A DNA stretch of 64,000 nucleotides from Octopus vulgaris (Eukaryota), in NCBI GenBank assembly GCA_951406725.2, contig OX597835.1:33108001-33172000 (forward strand), written 5' to 3'. Below, piece after piece: positions 28,138 to 41,480 of the stretch. The notes below the pieces were generated by a model, which worked only from the letters and a program-made list of their open reading frames with translations, was not told the origin of the DNA and ran no database searches. The translations under genes and the position numbers were made by a program. Every line of letters begins with the position of its first letter. Within the stretch, counting starts at the first letter, position 1.

Positions 28138-28316
28138 TTAAATTATGTCATTATAAGAGAAAAAATTTTTTTTTAAAATTTTCTAATATTCTTCAGACAT
28201 ATTGACGCAAATATATATATTTTTTAACCTTTAAGCCTTCTGTAGTTTTTTCACTCTTTACTTTTTTCTATATATTCACCCACGTGCTTTCACAAACCAA
28301 CTTTCTTATCTATCTA

Positions 28317-28371
<55 letters not shown>

Positions 28372-28466
28372 CTACATGTACGCATATATACAAATGTATA
28401 GATAAATAGGCAGACAGGCAGGCAGACAGAGATGTAGAAAGATAGATAAATAGATAGATAGAAGAA

Positions 28467-28504
<38 letters not shown>

Positions 28505-28816
28505 GCTGTTACTAGACGAGTAGTACCGATTTTTCGGTTGCAGGCTACCAAGCCGACACTTCGGTGACACTCATCTCTTTTCCTGTGAATGTATAAATAA
28601 ATATCTACTCTACAAATTGTTCTCTCTAACTCTTCAGTTCAACCTTAAATTGTTTTCGTTTAAACAGAACATAGAAACAAACATACATATATATACATGC
28701 ATTCATACATACATACATATGTGCGTTTGTGCTACGTGTGTATGTATGTAAGTGTGAATGTAAGTATGAATGTATGTATATGTGTGTGTATTTAAATATA
28801 TATAAGTATATATATA

Positions 28817-28907
<91 letters not shown>

Positions 28908-30434
28908 GGTTATATATAAGTATATATATACATATATATACAAATATGGTTCTCCAAGGACGTAGTTGAGTTTCTTGGAGATTTCATACACGTCATCCAG
29001 AACATTGACCACTCGGGAGACATAAAAAGAAATCAAATGTTGATTGATTTTCCACACCTGCGATTGATAATTCGCCTGCTACAAGTGATAAACCACAGGA
29101 TGAAACATCAAAGAATCGAAATATCCTCTGTTTATTTGAAAGAAACCGACAACAAGGTGCAGCCTATTTATTTCGAATAATTTCCTTTTATATATGTTCG
29201 GTTATATAAACCCTCAACCAATTTATATATTAATGCCATTCCTTTCTTTTATAATGTATCATGAGAAGCAATTATATTAATGATTCTAATTTAAGTTTTA
29301 AACAAGATCTACTACTGAAAACAGATTCTCTATTCTGTCTGTCAGGCTATTAGCGGTGTGATACTTGATTCGATGCACGGTTCTGGAGCGTCACTTTATT
29401 CTGTTGCAGTGATGTTGGTGACTGGAGACGGAGGATATCAATGCCTAGAGTAATATTGACAGCTGAGACATAGTAGAAACTGAATTCTTGTTTGAGTATT
29501 TGAAATGCCTACCTTACAAACTTAACGTATACGTGCGACACTATACACTACTTTTTCGTAGCTGTCTATGATAAATGGGGAGATAACTAGAAGCGATCTT
29601 AATTGTACAAATTGAGACGTAATGGTTCCGATGTGGGCGGACACGAACAAGTGCAAGAGCAAGGAGACAGAAACATTTATGTTTAAGACACTACACTTGA
29701 TATTGAAATTACTAGCGCTTGGTTATGGTATTACACTCAGGATTATGGTTTCGATTTTCACACGAGGCACTACTTTGGGTTATAAAACAAAGTACTTCAT
29801 TTTATGTTGCGCTAGTCAACTCGGGTGTATTATGTTCCATCAATAGCTCGGGAGTTAGCCATGAGGCGGACTGACATCTGGTTCAGGAAGAAGTGAAGAA
29901 GGAACCTCAAACCCTCTCACACCATTGGAATCAATCAAACTCCGGCCTTATCAGTTTAGGGCTCGTGGGTCACGTAACTGACAGTGACAGTCCGTTGTTT
30001 CAGATCTTGTATTGTATTTGATTTGAGGTCATTACAGACGCTGCTTTCGTCATAGCAGTGCTCAACAAGGATCTTGTGCAATCTGATCATCTTCGTAAAT
30101 GCCACTGTATTTATTCGGAAACGCCTGACGTATGGATGAGTGCGAGAACTAAAATTCTAACCATAATTCTAGTTGAGACAAAAATTATCTGCTATTTCAA
30201 AAGCGTTCTGCAAGTAATGGTGTATTTGGTACTGAATATCGACAAACTAATAGTGCACTAATATTGGTAATAATAACAACAGTTACTGAAAGAACAAACG
30301 ATGAAAGAATGCAATCCATTTGAAGAATCTCTGAAATTCTTTGGTGATAAATACTCCCAGGAATGCAACTTTGATGATCATAGAGGTTGAAAGTTGATAA
30401 GTGCTGTTTAAAGTCAATTAAATACAGTGTTCTG

Positions 30435-30445
30435 ATAATAATAAC

Positions 30446-30525
<80 letters not shown>

Positions 30526-30633
30526 GAATAATGATAATAATAATAATAATATTAATCATAATAATAATAATAATAATAATAATAAAATAATAATAATAAT
30601 AGTAATAATAATAATAACAACAACAACAACAAT

Positions 30634-30690
<57 letters not shown>

Positions 30691-30691
30691 T

Positions 30692-30723
<32 letters not shown>

Positions 30724-30737
30724 AATGATGATGATGA
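30435..30737. repeat. (TAA)n/(TGA)n/(CAA)n compound microsatellite
   Basis: Seen directly. Confidence 0.95.
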
Positions 30738-31337
30738 ATGTAACGTTGTATGTTACAAAGTGAAAAAGGACACACTTCAAACGTGAAAGTTAATTACACA
30801 GCGATATAGAACAACTGAAGCTACTTCACAATGAAAAGCAGACAACAGAGGCAACAAGAACAACAGTCAATTGAGCGCAGGGGATGTCCAATTCTGGAGA
30901 ACTGAGGGTAGATAGTTTGTAAAAAGTGTTACAAGACCAGATGAGAAAAAAAAGCGGGTGTCTTAGTCGCAAGCACACAGAGTGCGAACTGTTGGGAAAA
31001 TATAGTGGCAATATGAGGAAGGGTGATTTCCTCTCTAAGTCTGGCGAAAATGCAATTTCATTATAGCAGCGCAGTCATAAAATAAATTAAATATAAGCGA
31101 TCAATGGCAATATCTCTCGCGATAAATACGTCGTGTGTTTTGTTCATTACTATTGTATGTGTATGTGTACGTAGACATACACACATACACACACATATAT
31201 GCATATTTATGTACGTATATGTATACGTCCGTATATGTGTATGTACGCATATATATACATACATACATATATATATATATATTACTCTTAGGAGTGAACA
31301 GCCGTCATTTTTGTATGTATGTATGTATGTATGTACG

Positions 31338-31372
<35 letters not shown>

Positions 31373-31653
31373 TTATCTATCTATCTGTCTGTCTATGTAG
31401 ATAGGTAGGTCGGTTGGTAGGAAGGTAGGTACGATGGTAGTTAGGTATGTACGTCTGTAGGTAAGTGACTGGGTATGTAGGTTTGGTTGTATATAAACGA
31501 GTGAAAAAGTGAAGCATATTTTTGAATAGTTTCAAACGCAGTTTTCTCAGCTCTACAAATCTTGTGGCAGCTACAAAGAGAGACACAGAGAGAGAAGTGA
31601 TGAAGTAGATAAACAGAATTAGGCTTGATACCTATATTTACGTGGAATAGATA

Positions 31654-31715
<62 letters not shown>

Positions 31716-31889
31716 CAGCAGCATTTGTTTTCGATACAATTTATTAGACCCACACGGGCGATAAATACCCATGCGGTCCAATCGATTGCATAGATAGTTG
31801 TGATTTAGCTTCCCCGCCAAAAAGCATGGTAAGACTTAGTGGAAACGAGTACTGCATACTATATTTAGTGCAGTATATTAAATTTATAA

Positions 31890-32107
31890 ATTCATAAATG
31901 AGGGTGAAAAATTAGATATTAATTTAATAATACCATCAGTTTAACACCAAGTGGCCTAGCACATAAAAAACCAGGGGGACAATACAAATTTATACGTAAA
32001 TATAAGAGAGTTATTGTTAAGTGGTTAACTTTAGTGCTAGAAATAGCTCCTTATTCTAGTATAGTCACCATTAAATTAATATCTAATTTTTCCACCCTCA
32101 TTTATGA

Positions 32108-32109
<2 letters not shown>
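31890..32109. repeat. ~39-bp inverted repeat (31890-31928 / 32070-32109) in a (TA)n-flanked island
   Basis: ATTCATAAATGAGGGTGAAAAATTAGATATTAATTTAAT and its reverse complement with one indel. Confidence 0.8.
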
Positions 32110-32163
<54 letters not shown>

Positions 32164-32226
32164 ATGCATATATATAAAAAAATACATATGTATATATATA
32201 TATATATATATAAATATATATATATG

Positions 32227-32301
<75 letters not shown>

Positions 32302-32589
32302 ATCTTTAGTTAAATATATTCAATGAGAATATTATATACTGAAATTATATTGAGTGCTCTATTGTATGAAAGTTTTAATACTATTAAAGTATTTCAGTAT
32401 TTAATACGAGCGATCATATATATTTTATATAAAATATTATTATTAATATCAGGAAATCAGTATTAAAAAATTCTTCAGAATAAAATAATTGTTGTATTAA
32501 AAATATAAATATATATGAATATATGTAAATATGTATAATAATAAATATATAATAATGACACTTTAAAAGTTTCGAATAAAGTTTTTAAA

Positions 32590-32683
32590 GCATCTTACGA
32601 TCGTTTCGCAGAAGTGCTGTCCCTATAATGGAGTCCTATATTGATAAATATTTATAGACAACTCCTCTGCTCTTCAGAGATAT
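32590..32683 (-). ncRNA. Canonical type I hammerhead ribozyme (GUA)
   Basis: Minus strand: atatct CTGAAGA GCAGA...TCTGC GAAAC GATC GTA agatgc; stem III palindrome ACGATCGT. Confidence 0.75.
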
Positions 32684-33330
32684 AAACTGTGAAATTTGTA
32701 TAATTTATCGAATGATAGTTTTTTTCTTTTTAAATATGAAGTAATATAGGAAAACGGTGTTTGTTTGAAATATAAAATAATATTAAAAATTACTGCCTTT
32801 GATTTTGGTAAGTACACTTTGAATATGAGAGTCTTTAAATCTATATATGCTTCCATGGTAATTCTTCTATAACAATCCATAATAGTTATGTGTAAAATCC
32901 ATTATATTGTCTTGTATTCCAAATATAATTCAAAGACTTAGATAATATAGAATAATGGAATCCTATATTGATAAACATTTATAGAGAACTCTTCTGCTCC
33001 TCAGAAATATCAAATGTGAAATTTGTATAATTTAACGAATGGTAGTTTTTCTTAAAAATTGTGAAGTAATATACAAAAATAGTGCTTGTTTGAAATATAA
33101 ATTAAAAATTAAGAATTACTGCTTTTGATTTCGATAAGTACATTTTAGTATGACAATCTTGAAAGTCATATATTCCTACTCGGTAAATCTTCTGTAGTAA
33201 TCCATAATAATTCTGTATAAAATCCATGATTTGTCCTGTATTCTAAATATAGTCCATAGACTTAAATAATATAAGATAAATATTTTCTAATATTGATTTC
33301 CTGGTAATTCTTCTGTAATAATCCATAATA
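32625..33330. repeat. Diverged tandem duplication with ~327-bp period, plus a partial third copy
   Basis: ATAATGGAGTCCTATATTGATAAA at 32625 recurs as ATAATGGAATCCTATATTGATAAA at 32952. Confidence 0.8.
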
Positions 33331-33363
33331 TTTATGCGTAATAATAATATATTATATAAAATA

Positions 33364-33432
<69 letters not shown>

Positions 33433-33550
33433 CTGTATAATATATGTTATATATACATAATGTATATATATGTATATATATAAGTATACTATATGTTATA
33501 TACATATATATACTATATATTTTATACATATATATATATATATATATATA

Positions 33551-33734
33551 GGGAGAGTTTACGAAAAACACAAAAGACGAAGATAGGTGGTGTACAAAAC
33601 AAACAGATGTCTTAGTAGAATAGAAAAAGTCTTTTACGTTTCGAGCCTACGCTCTTCTACAGAAAGGGACACAGAAAAAAAACAAGGGGAGAAACAAGGA
33701 GAGAAAAAATGTGTGTAGTGGTTAACGATTTATC

Positions 33735-33736
<2 letters not shown>
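33551..33736 (-). mobile_element. Family E mini-element copy 2, with the best HHR-like motif (33631-33666)
   Basis: Minus strand: cttt CTGTAGA A GAGC-gtag-GCTC GAAAC GTA aaag. Confidence 0.7.
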
Positions 33737-33769
<33 letters not shown>

Positions 33770-33866
33770 TGTATGTATGTATGTATGTATGTATGTATGT
33801 ATGTATGTATGTATGTATGTATTTATGTATGTATGTATGTTTGTATGTATGCATGTATATATGTGT

Positions 33867-34139
33867 AAACAATTGCAGCGTGGACGGTGTTTTTAAACCA
33901 TTTAAAAACATACCAAAACCGTTAGATTCAGTGTCCCGTGCTGCACGGAATTTTCTTAGTAATCAGGTCACAGTCTCAAAGCGACGAAAATATTTTGGCA
34001 AATTAAATTTAACTGATGCAGTGAATCTAACGGTTTTTGTCTGTTTTCAATTGCCTTATAAACACCTTCCACGCTGCAATTGTTTTTGTTTCAGTACATG
34101 ATCTCAAATCAGGTCACTTGCGATGCAAGTACATCACCG

Positions 34140-34142
<3 letters not shown>
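33867..34142. mobile_element. Fold-back family F (internally deleted copy)
   Basis: AAACAATTGCAGCGTGGA ... TCCACGCTGCAATTGTTT plus a tail shared with 52011-52372. Confidence 0.7.
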
Positions 34143-34202
<60 letters not shown>

Positions 34203-34204
<2 letters not shown>

Positions 34205-34388
34205 TTATTATTTGTAGGGCACAGTTGATAGAGAGACCAACAAAACTCCTGAGACCAAAGATTAACTGAAGGCCAGGATTATGGCAGCCTCCATCAACTT
34301 AAACACAGAGGCCGTCCAGAAGCGTTGCAGGAGATTCCGAAGTCGTCTGGAGGCTGTGTTTGATGCCAATGTCGATTTTATTGATTAA
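34203..34388 (+). pseudogene. Tc1/mariner-superfamily transposase C-terminal remnant
   Basis: GTVDRETNKTPETKD*LKARIMAASINLNTEAVQKRCRRFRSRLEAVFDANVDFID*. Confidence 0.7.
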
Positions 34389-34661
34389 ATTTTCTCTTTA
34401 GTATTTCAGGATATTTTTATGCAATATTGGCAAATATATCTGATAAAATGAGATGTCATAGTCATTTTTATTTTTGCGTAATTCACCCCACCCAGTGTGT
34501 ATGTGTGTGTGTATAACATATTAAATGTCGTAATCTCGTGTGTCTTGTATAGAGTTGTTCTAGCCTCCATCTACTGGGACCGTTATCCCGTAGCTCAGCG
34601 ATTCGTCCAAAAATACTGAGATGATAAGTAGCAGGAAATGTATGTATGTCATTAATCAGTT

Positions 34662-34975
34662 TATTTCAAGATTTCTTGCCAACAGAGAAAGAAACGGTTT
34701 CTAACCTAGATCCCAGTTCCCTTCATTAGAATTTCAACATCAACAACAGAGAATTTTTGTTTGTATGTATGTATGTAAGTATGTGCTAATTTTTATGTTT
34801 TATTCACGTATACTTATGCATAGAGTTGCATGTCTAGACTTGCTCATATATATTTAAATGATAAGCTTCTGGAAAGTTTTACAGATTTTTACAGTTCCAG
34901 TGATGGATTTAATCTGTAGTCTTAAACCTTTCTGGTATGGAGAAGCCTACTTTCTCAAGATTGGTATTTTGGCAG
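34662..34975. repeat. (TATG)n-associated interspersed repeat family D
   Basis: TTTCAAGATTTCTTGCCAA..CCTAGATC..GAATTTCAACATCAACAA; also at 43461-43920 and weakly at about 4085-4160. Confidence 0.7.
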
Positions 34976-35812
34976 TGCGTTACATATCCCAGTAAGTAAA
35001 TAAGTAAGTATGTATGTATGTATGTATGTATGTATGTATGTATGTATGTATGTATGCATGCATGCATGTATTCATGTATGTAGTGAATGAAAAAACGAAG
35101 CGTGTATTTAGATATACTTTTAATCAAAGTTTAACTCAGCTTCGCATCTTTTGTGAGCTCGTAGAAAAAGGTCCGTTTCTTTACATGTTAGTAAGTCCTA
35201 GCATTTGTCGAGATTCACTCCAACTGCTATTAAATATACATCTACACACACACACACACATACACACACACGCACACACATATATATATATATATATTAT
35301 GTGTATGTTTATGTATGTACATATACATATCTGAATGTCTATGTATGTATACATATACATGCATATGCATGTACGTATGTATGCATATACGTATGTATGT
35401 ATATGTATGTATGTAATGTCTCCTTTTCATCTTATTCGATTATTTCCTGTAGGTTTGCCTATTTAATAGGTTCATTAAATTTATATTTGAAATTCCTGGT
35501 ATCAATATTGTTGTCAATACTGTTGACGATGATGACGAAGTTTTTTGCTGGTGATGATGGTGGTAAGGTGATTCAATTTTTGCTGTTACTGTTGTTGTTA
35601 TCTTTGTAGACATCAAATAATCGACGGCGGTGCCTCTGTTATAGAGACAGTCGATTAAAATCTTCATGGTAAGATGTCTGGCTCTCGAATATGTCTGTTT
35701 TCTGTTAATAATGTCACTAGAACACAGCATAGAAATACACTGCAGTGCTTTAACCGATTCATTTGAATGCTACATCTGAGACGATTGCATTTCACAACAC
35801 CACACTACGTCA

Positions 35813-36112
35813 AGTGGAGGCACATGGCCTAGTGGTTAGAGCAGCGGACTCGCGGTCGCGGGATCGCGAGTCCGAATTCAGACCGGGCGATGTGTGTGTT
35901 TATGAGCGAAACACCTATGCTCCACACGGCTCCGCCAGAAGGTAATGGCGAACTTCTGCTGAATCTTTCGTCACAACTTACTCTCACTCTTTCCTCCTGC
36001 ATCTTGCAGCTCAACTGCGACGGACCGGCGTTTCGTCCAGTTGGGAAACCTATAAGCCAAGGAAACCGGAAAACTGGCCCTAATGATCAAGGCGTGGCTC
36101 GAGAAGGAACAA
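35813..36112 (+). mobile_element. SINE family C
   Basis: GTGGAGGCACATGGCCTAGTGGTTAGAGCAGCGGACTCGCGG tRNA-like head; close to 46334-46630. Confidence 0.82.
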
Positions 36113-36145
36113 ACACCACGTCAAACAATATTGCTTCACACTCCA

Positions 36146-36835
36146 AGGCGGCGAGCCTGCAGAATCGTTAGCACTTCGCCCGTCGTCATGTTCTGAGTTC
36201 AAATTCCACCGTGGTCGTCTTTGCTTTACATTAATTCGGGGCCGATAAAATAAGTACCAGTGTCACACTGAAGTCTATGCAATCAATTTAGCCCCTCTCC
36301 TGAAGTTGCTGGCCATGTGACACAGTCTGAAACCATTATTATTATCATTAGCATCATCATTATCATTATCATCATTATAATCAACATTAGCAATTCGTCT
36401 CTTCAAATCCCACCTAGATTGATTTTTTTCTTTCTTTTCAGGCGGAAAGCTGGCAGAACCGTTAGCACGCTGGGCGAAATGATTAGCGGTATTTCATCTG
36501 CCGCTACGTTCTGAGTTCAAATTCGGCCGAGGTCAACTTTGCCTTTCATTCTTTCGGGGTCGATTAAACAAGTACCAGTTACGCACTGAGGTCGATATAA
36601 TTGACTTAATCTGTTTGTCTGTCCTTGTTCGTCCTCTCTGTGTTTAGTCCCTTGTGGTTAGTAAATAAATAAGTATTTCGTCTGCTGCTACGTTCTGAGT
36701 TCAAATTTTGCCGGGGACGTCTTTGCCTTTCATCCGTCCAGGATCGATAAATTAAGTACCAGCTGAGTACTGGGGTCGATGTAATCGACGATCCTCATCC
36801 TCCAAATTTTAGGCCTTGTGCCTATAGTAGGAAGG

Positions 36836-36879
<44 letters not shown>

Positions 36880-37790
36880 GAGTCAGGCGGCCAGCAAGAA
36901 AAATCGTTATGCTTCGAAGCATTACGTTCGACTTTCTTTTCTGAATTTCAAGTCCACCGGGATAGAATTAACCGTTTATCTTTTATGAGGTCGATAAAAT
37001 ATGTAGCTGCTCTGCACTGGGAGCCGATGTTATCGACTACCCTACCTCTTCAAAATCGCTGACAGTCTATAAAAAAAAATGAAAACAAAATTATACCACA
37101 CCATACACCAACAACCACCTCGGTCGGAGAAAATGTGTAGCGACGTTTCTTCTCAATATTTACGGTTTGAGTTTTCATGTTCAGAGTTCAACTCCCGCTT
37201 AGTCCGACTTTGACTTTTATTCTCATCAGGGTCAATAAACTAAATCTCAGTTGAAGACTGGGGTCTGTGTGATCAATTCCCACCCAACCCCTCAAATAGT
37301 TGGTATTGTGCCAAAATTAGAAGCCACCGTATAGAGTTCATGGTGGTGAGCTGCTGAGTATCGTTAGTACATTGAACCAAAAGCTTAAGAGCATTTCTTC
37401 TGACTTTTTCTCATTCTGAATTCAAGGAACATTGAGGTCATGGAGGCGCATGGCTTAGTGGTTAGGTATTTGGACTCATGATCGCAAGATTTTGGATTCG
37501 AATCCTGGACCAAAACATCCCATTTCACGTTGCTCCAGTCCACTAGACTGGCAAAATTAGCTAATCCTGCGGTAGACCAGTGTCCCGTCTAAGTGAGGAA
37601 TATATATGCCATGAAAGAGGGAAACCTGCCCATAAGAGTCGGTATGATTCGAGACAGTAACGTTACTTTACTTTTGAACGCTGAGGTCGCTGGTTTTCAT
37701 AATTTCGCGAATCGTTGAGATAAAGTACCGATCAAGTACAACGTTCGATATCATCGATTTACTGCATCACCTCAAAATTTGTCATCTCGA
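36146..37790 (+). mobile_element. Co-oriented cluster of SINE A copies with a SINE-C-like copy nested at 37441-37670
   Basis: Repeated family A motifs at 36146, 36440, 36672, 36885 and 37340. Confidence 0.75.
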
Positions 37791-38257
37791 ACACAGCAAC
37801 AGATCAGTGCCTCATTTAGGGCACTATTCTGCTAGTGGTGACTTATATACCTAGGAAAGTCGGCAGGCGTTCATCTTGTTCATCGTCGGAAACGAAGGAA
37901 CGACAAACATTTCATGCTCACAGACTCATGTATATATGTTTATATACATCCACATATATACTTAAGTATATGTGTTTGTATTTAAGTATTTATGTATATA
38001 TGCATATAGGCTTGCATGTACGCATCCACAATAAATTTTTAAGTAGATGTGAAGAGAAAATTCAGGGTCTGTTATATTGTTCCTTTGCATATGTCTACTA
38101 ATCTTAAACACAACACACACACACACACACACACACGCAAACACACACATAAACACACACACATACATAAAGGCTGGCACACAGGGGATGCTTATGCACA
38201 TATATATATGTGTGTAATTTACAAATATATACATGCATGTATATGAATGTGTGTGTT

Positions 38258-38317
<60 letters not shown>

Positions 38318-38507
38318 GTGTGTGTGTGTGTGTGGGTGTGTGGGTGTGTGGGTGGGTGTAGTTGTGTATATATGTACACAGAGGCGCAGACATAGACACC
38401 GGACTGTGTTCGTGACAGAAAATTTTCATGTGTTTGTGTTGTATGTCCATGTGGTGAGTGGTATACATTGGTGTAAATGTGTATGCATGCATGTGTACGT
38501 ACGTGTA

Positions 38508-38720
38508 GCGAATATAGCTGGTGCCCAGCCACATCTATTCACCAATTCCATTACTAATGATTACCATTTCATTGGCCGTGGAGTAAAATCAATGAATTAG
38601 AAACCCCAACAGAGCAACTAAGAAAAACCTATTGACCGTTTGAATTTAGTGAAGAAGTCTTGAAATGGACCTCGCTTAGTGGTTAGCGCCATTATTTTGT
38701 AGAAAGACAGTGGAGCACAC
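38508..38720 (-). promoter_or_regulatory. Duplicated non-coding block, copy 2
   Basis: Reverse complement of 9463-9674. Confidence 0.4.
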
Positions 38721-38808
38721 ACACATATATTAGACCAGAGTTACACAAAGACAAATACACCCACACCCACTAGCTCCCTGAAGACCTGACTCATATATGC
38801 TTGTATAA

Positions 38809-38849
<41 letters not shown>

Positions 38850-38862
38850 CATATATATATAC

Positions 38863-38897
<35 letters not shown>

Positions 38898-38927
38898 CAT
38901 ATATATATGTACATATATATATTACAC

Positions 38928-38998
<71 letters not shown>

Positions 38999-39388
38999 CG
39001 CAGAAATATCATTTAGTCTGCAGAGGTCAATATCTTAATTCACTGACAGCTTATCGTCCTAAGTTATAATATATCCACCTCTCTCTCTCCCACTCTCTCT
39101 CTCCTCTTTCTCTCTCTCTTCCTCTTCTGTCTCTCCCTGTCCCGCACTCTCCCCCGTCTCTCTCCCTCTTATTGTCTGTGCATACGTTTTCTTTTTCTTT
39201 AACGCTCTATTTTTCTGTACTCTACCCTTATATGTGCATATATATTAGCATACAGATAGGTTCCACATCCTAAGCGACACACAGGTATACACCTGCCTAT
39301 ATAGACATACATCCAAACACATTCATACACATAGATATATTCATTAACACAGGAACACATGCACACACGTGTATACGTACACACCTAC

Positions 39389-39630
<242 letters not shown>

Positions 39631-39869
39631 ATGTCAGTATACTTCTAACCTCGTATGACAACGTCTTATACATATTCGTGAGTAAAACATTTTCTTGTCA
39701 AAAAGCTTTTAGGGGAAAAAATATACTAATACAGAAATGAAAGCGACGTCTGACAAGTTTTCACCGGAAGTGACGAACTCAGTGTAGTAAAGTGATGAGC
39801 GAGAAGATCAATAGAACAAAATAAATAAATGGGACGACGATATCACTAACGTCGTTACTATTGTTTCGT

Positions 39870-40221
39870 AGAAGAAGAGGAAGAAGAAGAAAAGAAGAAG
39901 AAGAAGAAGAAGAAGAGAAAGAAGAAGAAGAGGAAGAAGAATGAGGAGGAGGAGAAGAAGAAGAAGGAGAAGAAGGAGGAGGAGGAGAAGAAGGAGAAGA
40001 AGGAGAAGAATAAGAAGAAGGGGAGGAGGAGGAGAAGGAGAAGAAGAAGAAGAAGAAGAAGAAGGAGGAGGAGGAGGAGAAGGAGGAGGAGAAGGAGAAA
40101 AAGAAGAAGAAGAAGGAGAAGGAGAAGAAGAAGAAGAAGAAGAAGAAGGAGGAGGAAGAAGGAGAAGGAGAAAGAAGAAGAAAAAGAAGAAGAAGAAGGA
40201 GAAGAAGAAGAAGGAGAAGAA

Positions 40222-40253
<32 letters not shown>

Positions 40254-40285
40254 AGAAGTAAAGAAGAAGAAGAAGGGGAGGAGGG
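39870..40285. repeat. (GAA/GGA)n polypurine tract
   Basis: Seen directly. Confidence 0.95.
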
Positions 40286-40701
40286 TGAAGGTTTTGTATA
40301 TGGTGCGACCGAAACAGTCATTGGTATTGTGTCACGGACAAAGAGTGTTGTAGAAGACATTGAGTGAGATGACGTCATACAACTGAGAATGTGCCACTTT
40401 TGAGAGTGAGAAAATATCTCCTTTATTCATTGAAATTGTGACCTACATTGAGTGAGGAGAGATAGCAATGGATTCTCTGGTGTGCAGGCGAAGTCATTCA
40501 GAGATATTGTGCCATAGAGTAAGGGCGGAACAGATTTATGAAGGAGATGACATGACACGGTGATATTGAGCTACAGACCAACGATCCCAGGCTGCAGGCT
40601 AGAACTGAACCATGGATCATTTTGTTGACGGTTCGAATAAAAAGAATAGACTTTTAAAATCTTAATTCTAAGCCTGCAGGATGCTTTTGTCATTATATAT
40701 A

Positions 40702-41480
40702 CGAGGGGCATTCAATAAGTAATGCCCCTAACCCACTTCCCATAGCAGTAGAGCAACGAAACTTGGCACAGTTATTAGTCTTTTTCTACATAAGAACCAC
40801 CCAGAGTTACGCATTTCTCCCATCGTTTGATGCGGCTCTGGAGACCGTTTTTGTAGAAGAACCCAGCTTGGTCCTCCACCCTCAACGTGACTTCAGAAAT
40901 CAAGGCTGCATCATCTGGGAAACGCTTTCCTTTCAAAAACAACTTCATGATTGGGAAGAGGTGAAAATCAGAGGGTGCAAGGTCAGGAAAGTAGGGGGGA
41001 TGGGGAGGAATTCATAGCCGCACGCCTGTGCTTCTGATCTGGCGACAAGCGAGTTGTGGACCGGAGCGTTGTCCTGCAGGAGGAGGATGCCTTTGCTGAT
41101 CTTGCCCCGCCTGTTGATTTTGATAGCTTCTCTTAATTTCCTCAAAAGTGAAGCATAATATGCTCCTGTAATTGTGGCACCCTTTGCCAAGAAATCTTTC
41201 ATCACTACTCCGTCTTGGTCCCAGAAGACTGTAAGCATGACCTTGCCAGCGGAGGGATACACCCTTGCCTTCTTTGGAGGAGGTGAGTCACGGTGCTTCC
41301 ACCGCATTGACTGGGATTTGGTCTCTGGATCATCGTGATGGACCCAGGTTTCATCCTGTTAATTCAGAGCTGTAATTTGCCACTTACTCTATAGAGATAT
41401 AAATGATTGCACATGCAAAATTTCAGCTAGATCAAACAACTGCAAGTGGGTCAGAGGCATTACTTATTGAACGTCCCTCG
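40702..41480 (-). mobile_element. Internally deleted mariner transposon with both TIRs and TA target duplication
   Basis: TIRs CGAGGGGCATTCAATAAGTAATGCC / GGCATTACTTATTGAACGTCCCTCG, flanked by TA. Confidence 0.9.
40850..41358 (-). pseudogene. Mariner transposase catalytic domain, frameshifted, HTH missing
   Basis: DETWVHH..KVMLTVFWD..LLQDNAPVH..(frameshift)HPPYFPDLAPSDFHLF. Confidence 0.9.

Larger units (their letters stand above)
26951..28275 (+). mobile_element. 5'-truncated Penelope-like retroelement (Neptune-type) with inverted pseudo-LTR
   Basis: Arms 26951-27380 and 27858-28275 are near-perfect inverted repeats enclosing GIY-YIG coding sequence; inserted in (TA)n. Confidence 0.85.

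Noticed and set aside
30000-30430. Possible LINE endonuclease remnant (LSTFNL, STRIMV) on the minus strand
   Set aside because: Similarity too weak to support by eye.
31781-31857. ATGCGG...GAAACGAGTA CTGCAT HHR-like scaffold
   Set aside because: No CUGANGA-like core and no clear stem II.
35608-35680. Hairpin AGACATC..TAATCGAC/GTCGATTA..GATGTCT as a pre-miRNA
   Set aside because: Large asymmetric loops; no known mature miRNA recognised.
35813-35890. tRNA-like heads of SINE families A, B and C as tRNA genes
   Set aside because: They continue into multi-copy SINE bodies and no convincing acceptor stem was seen.
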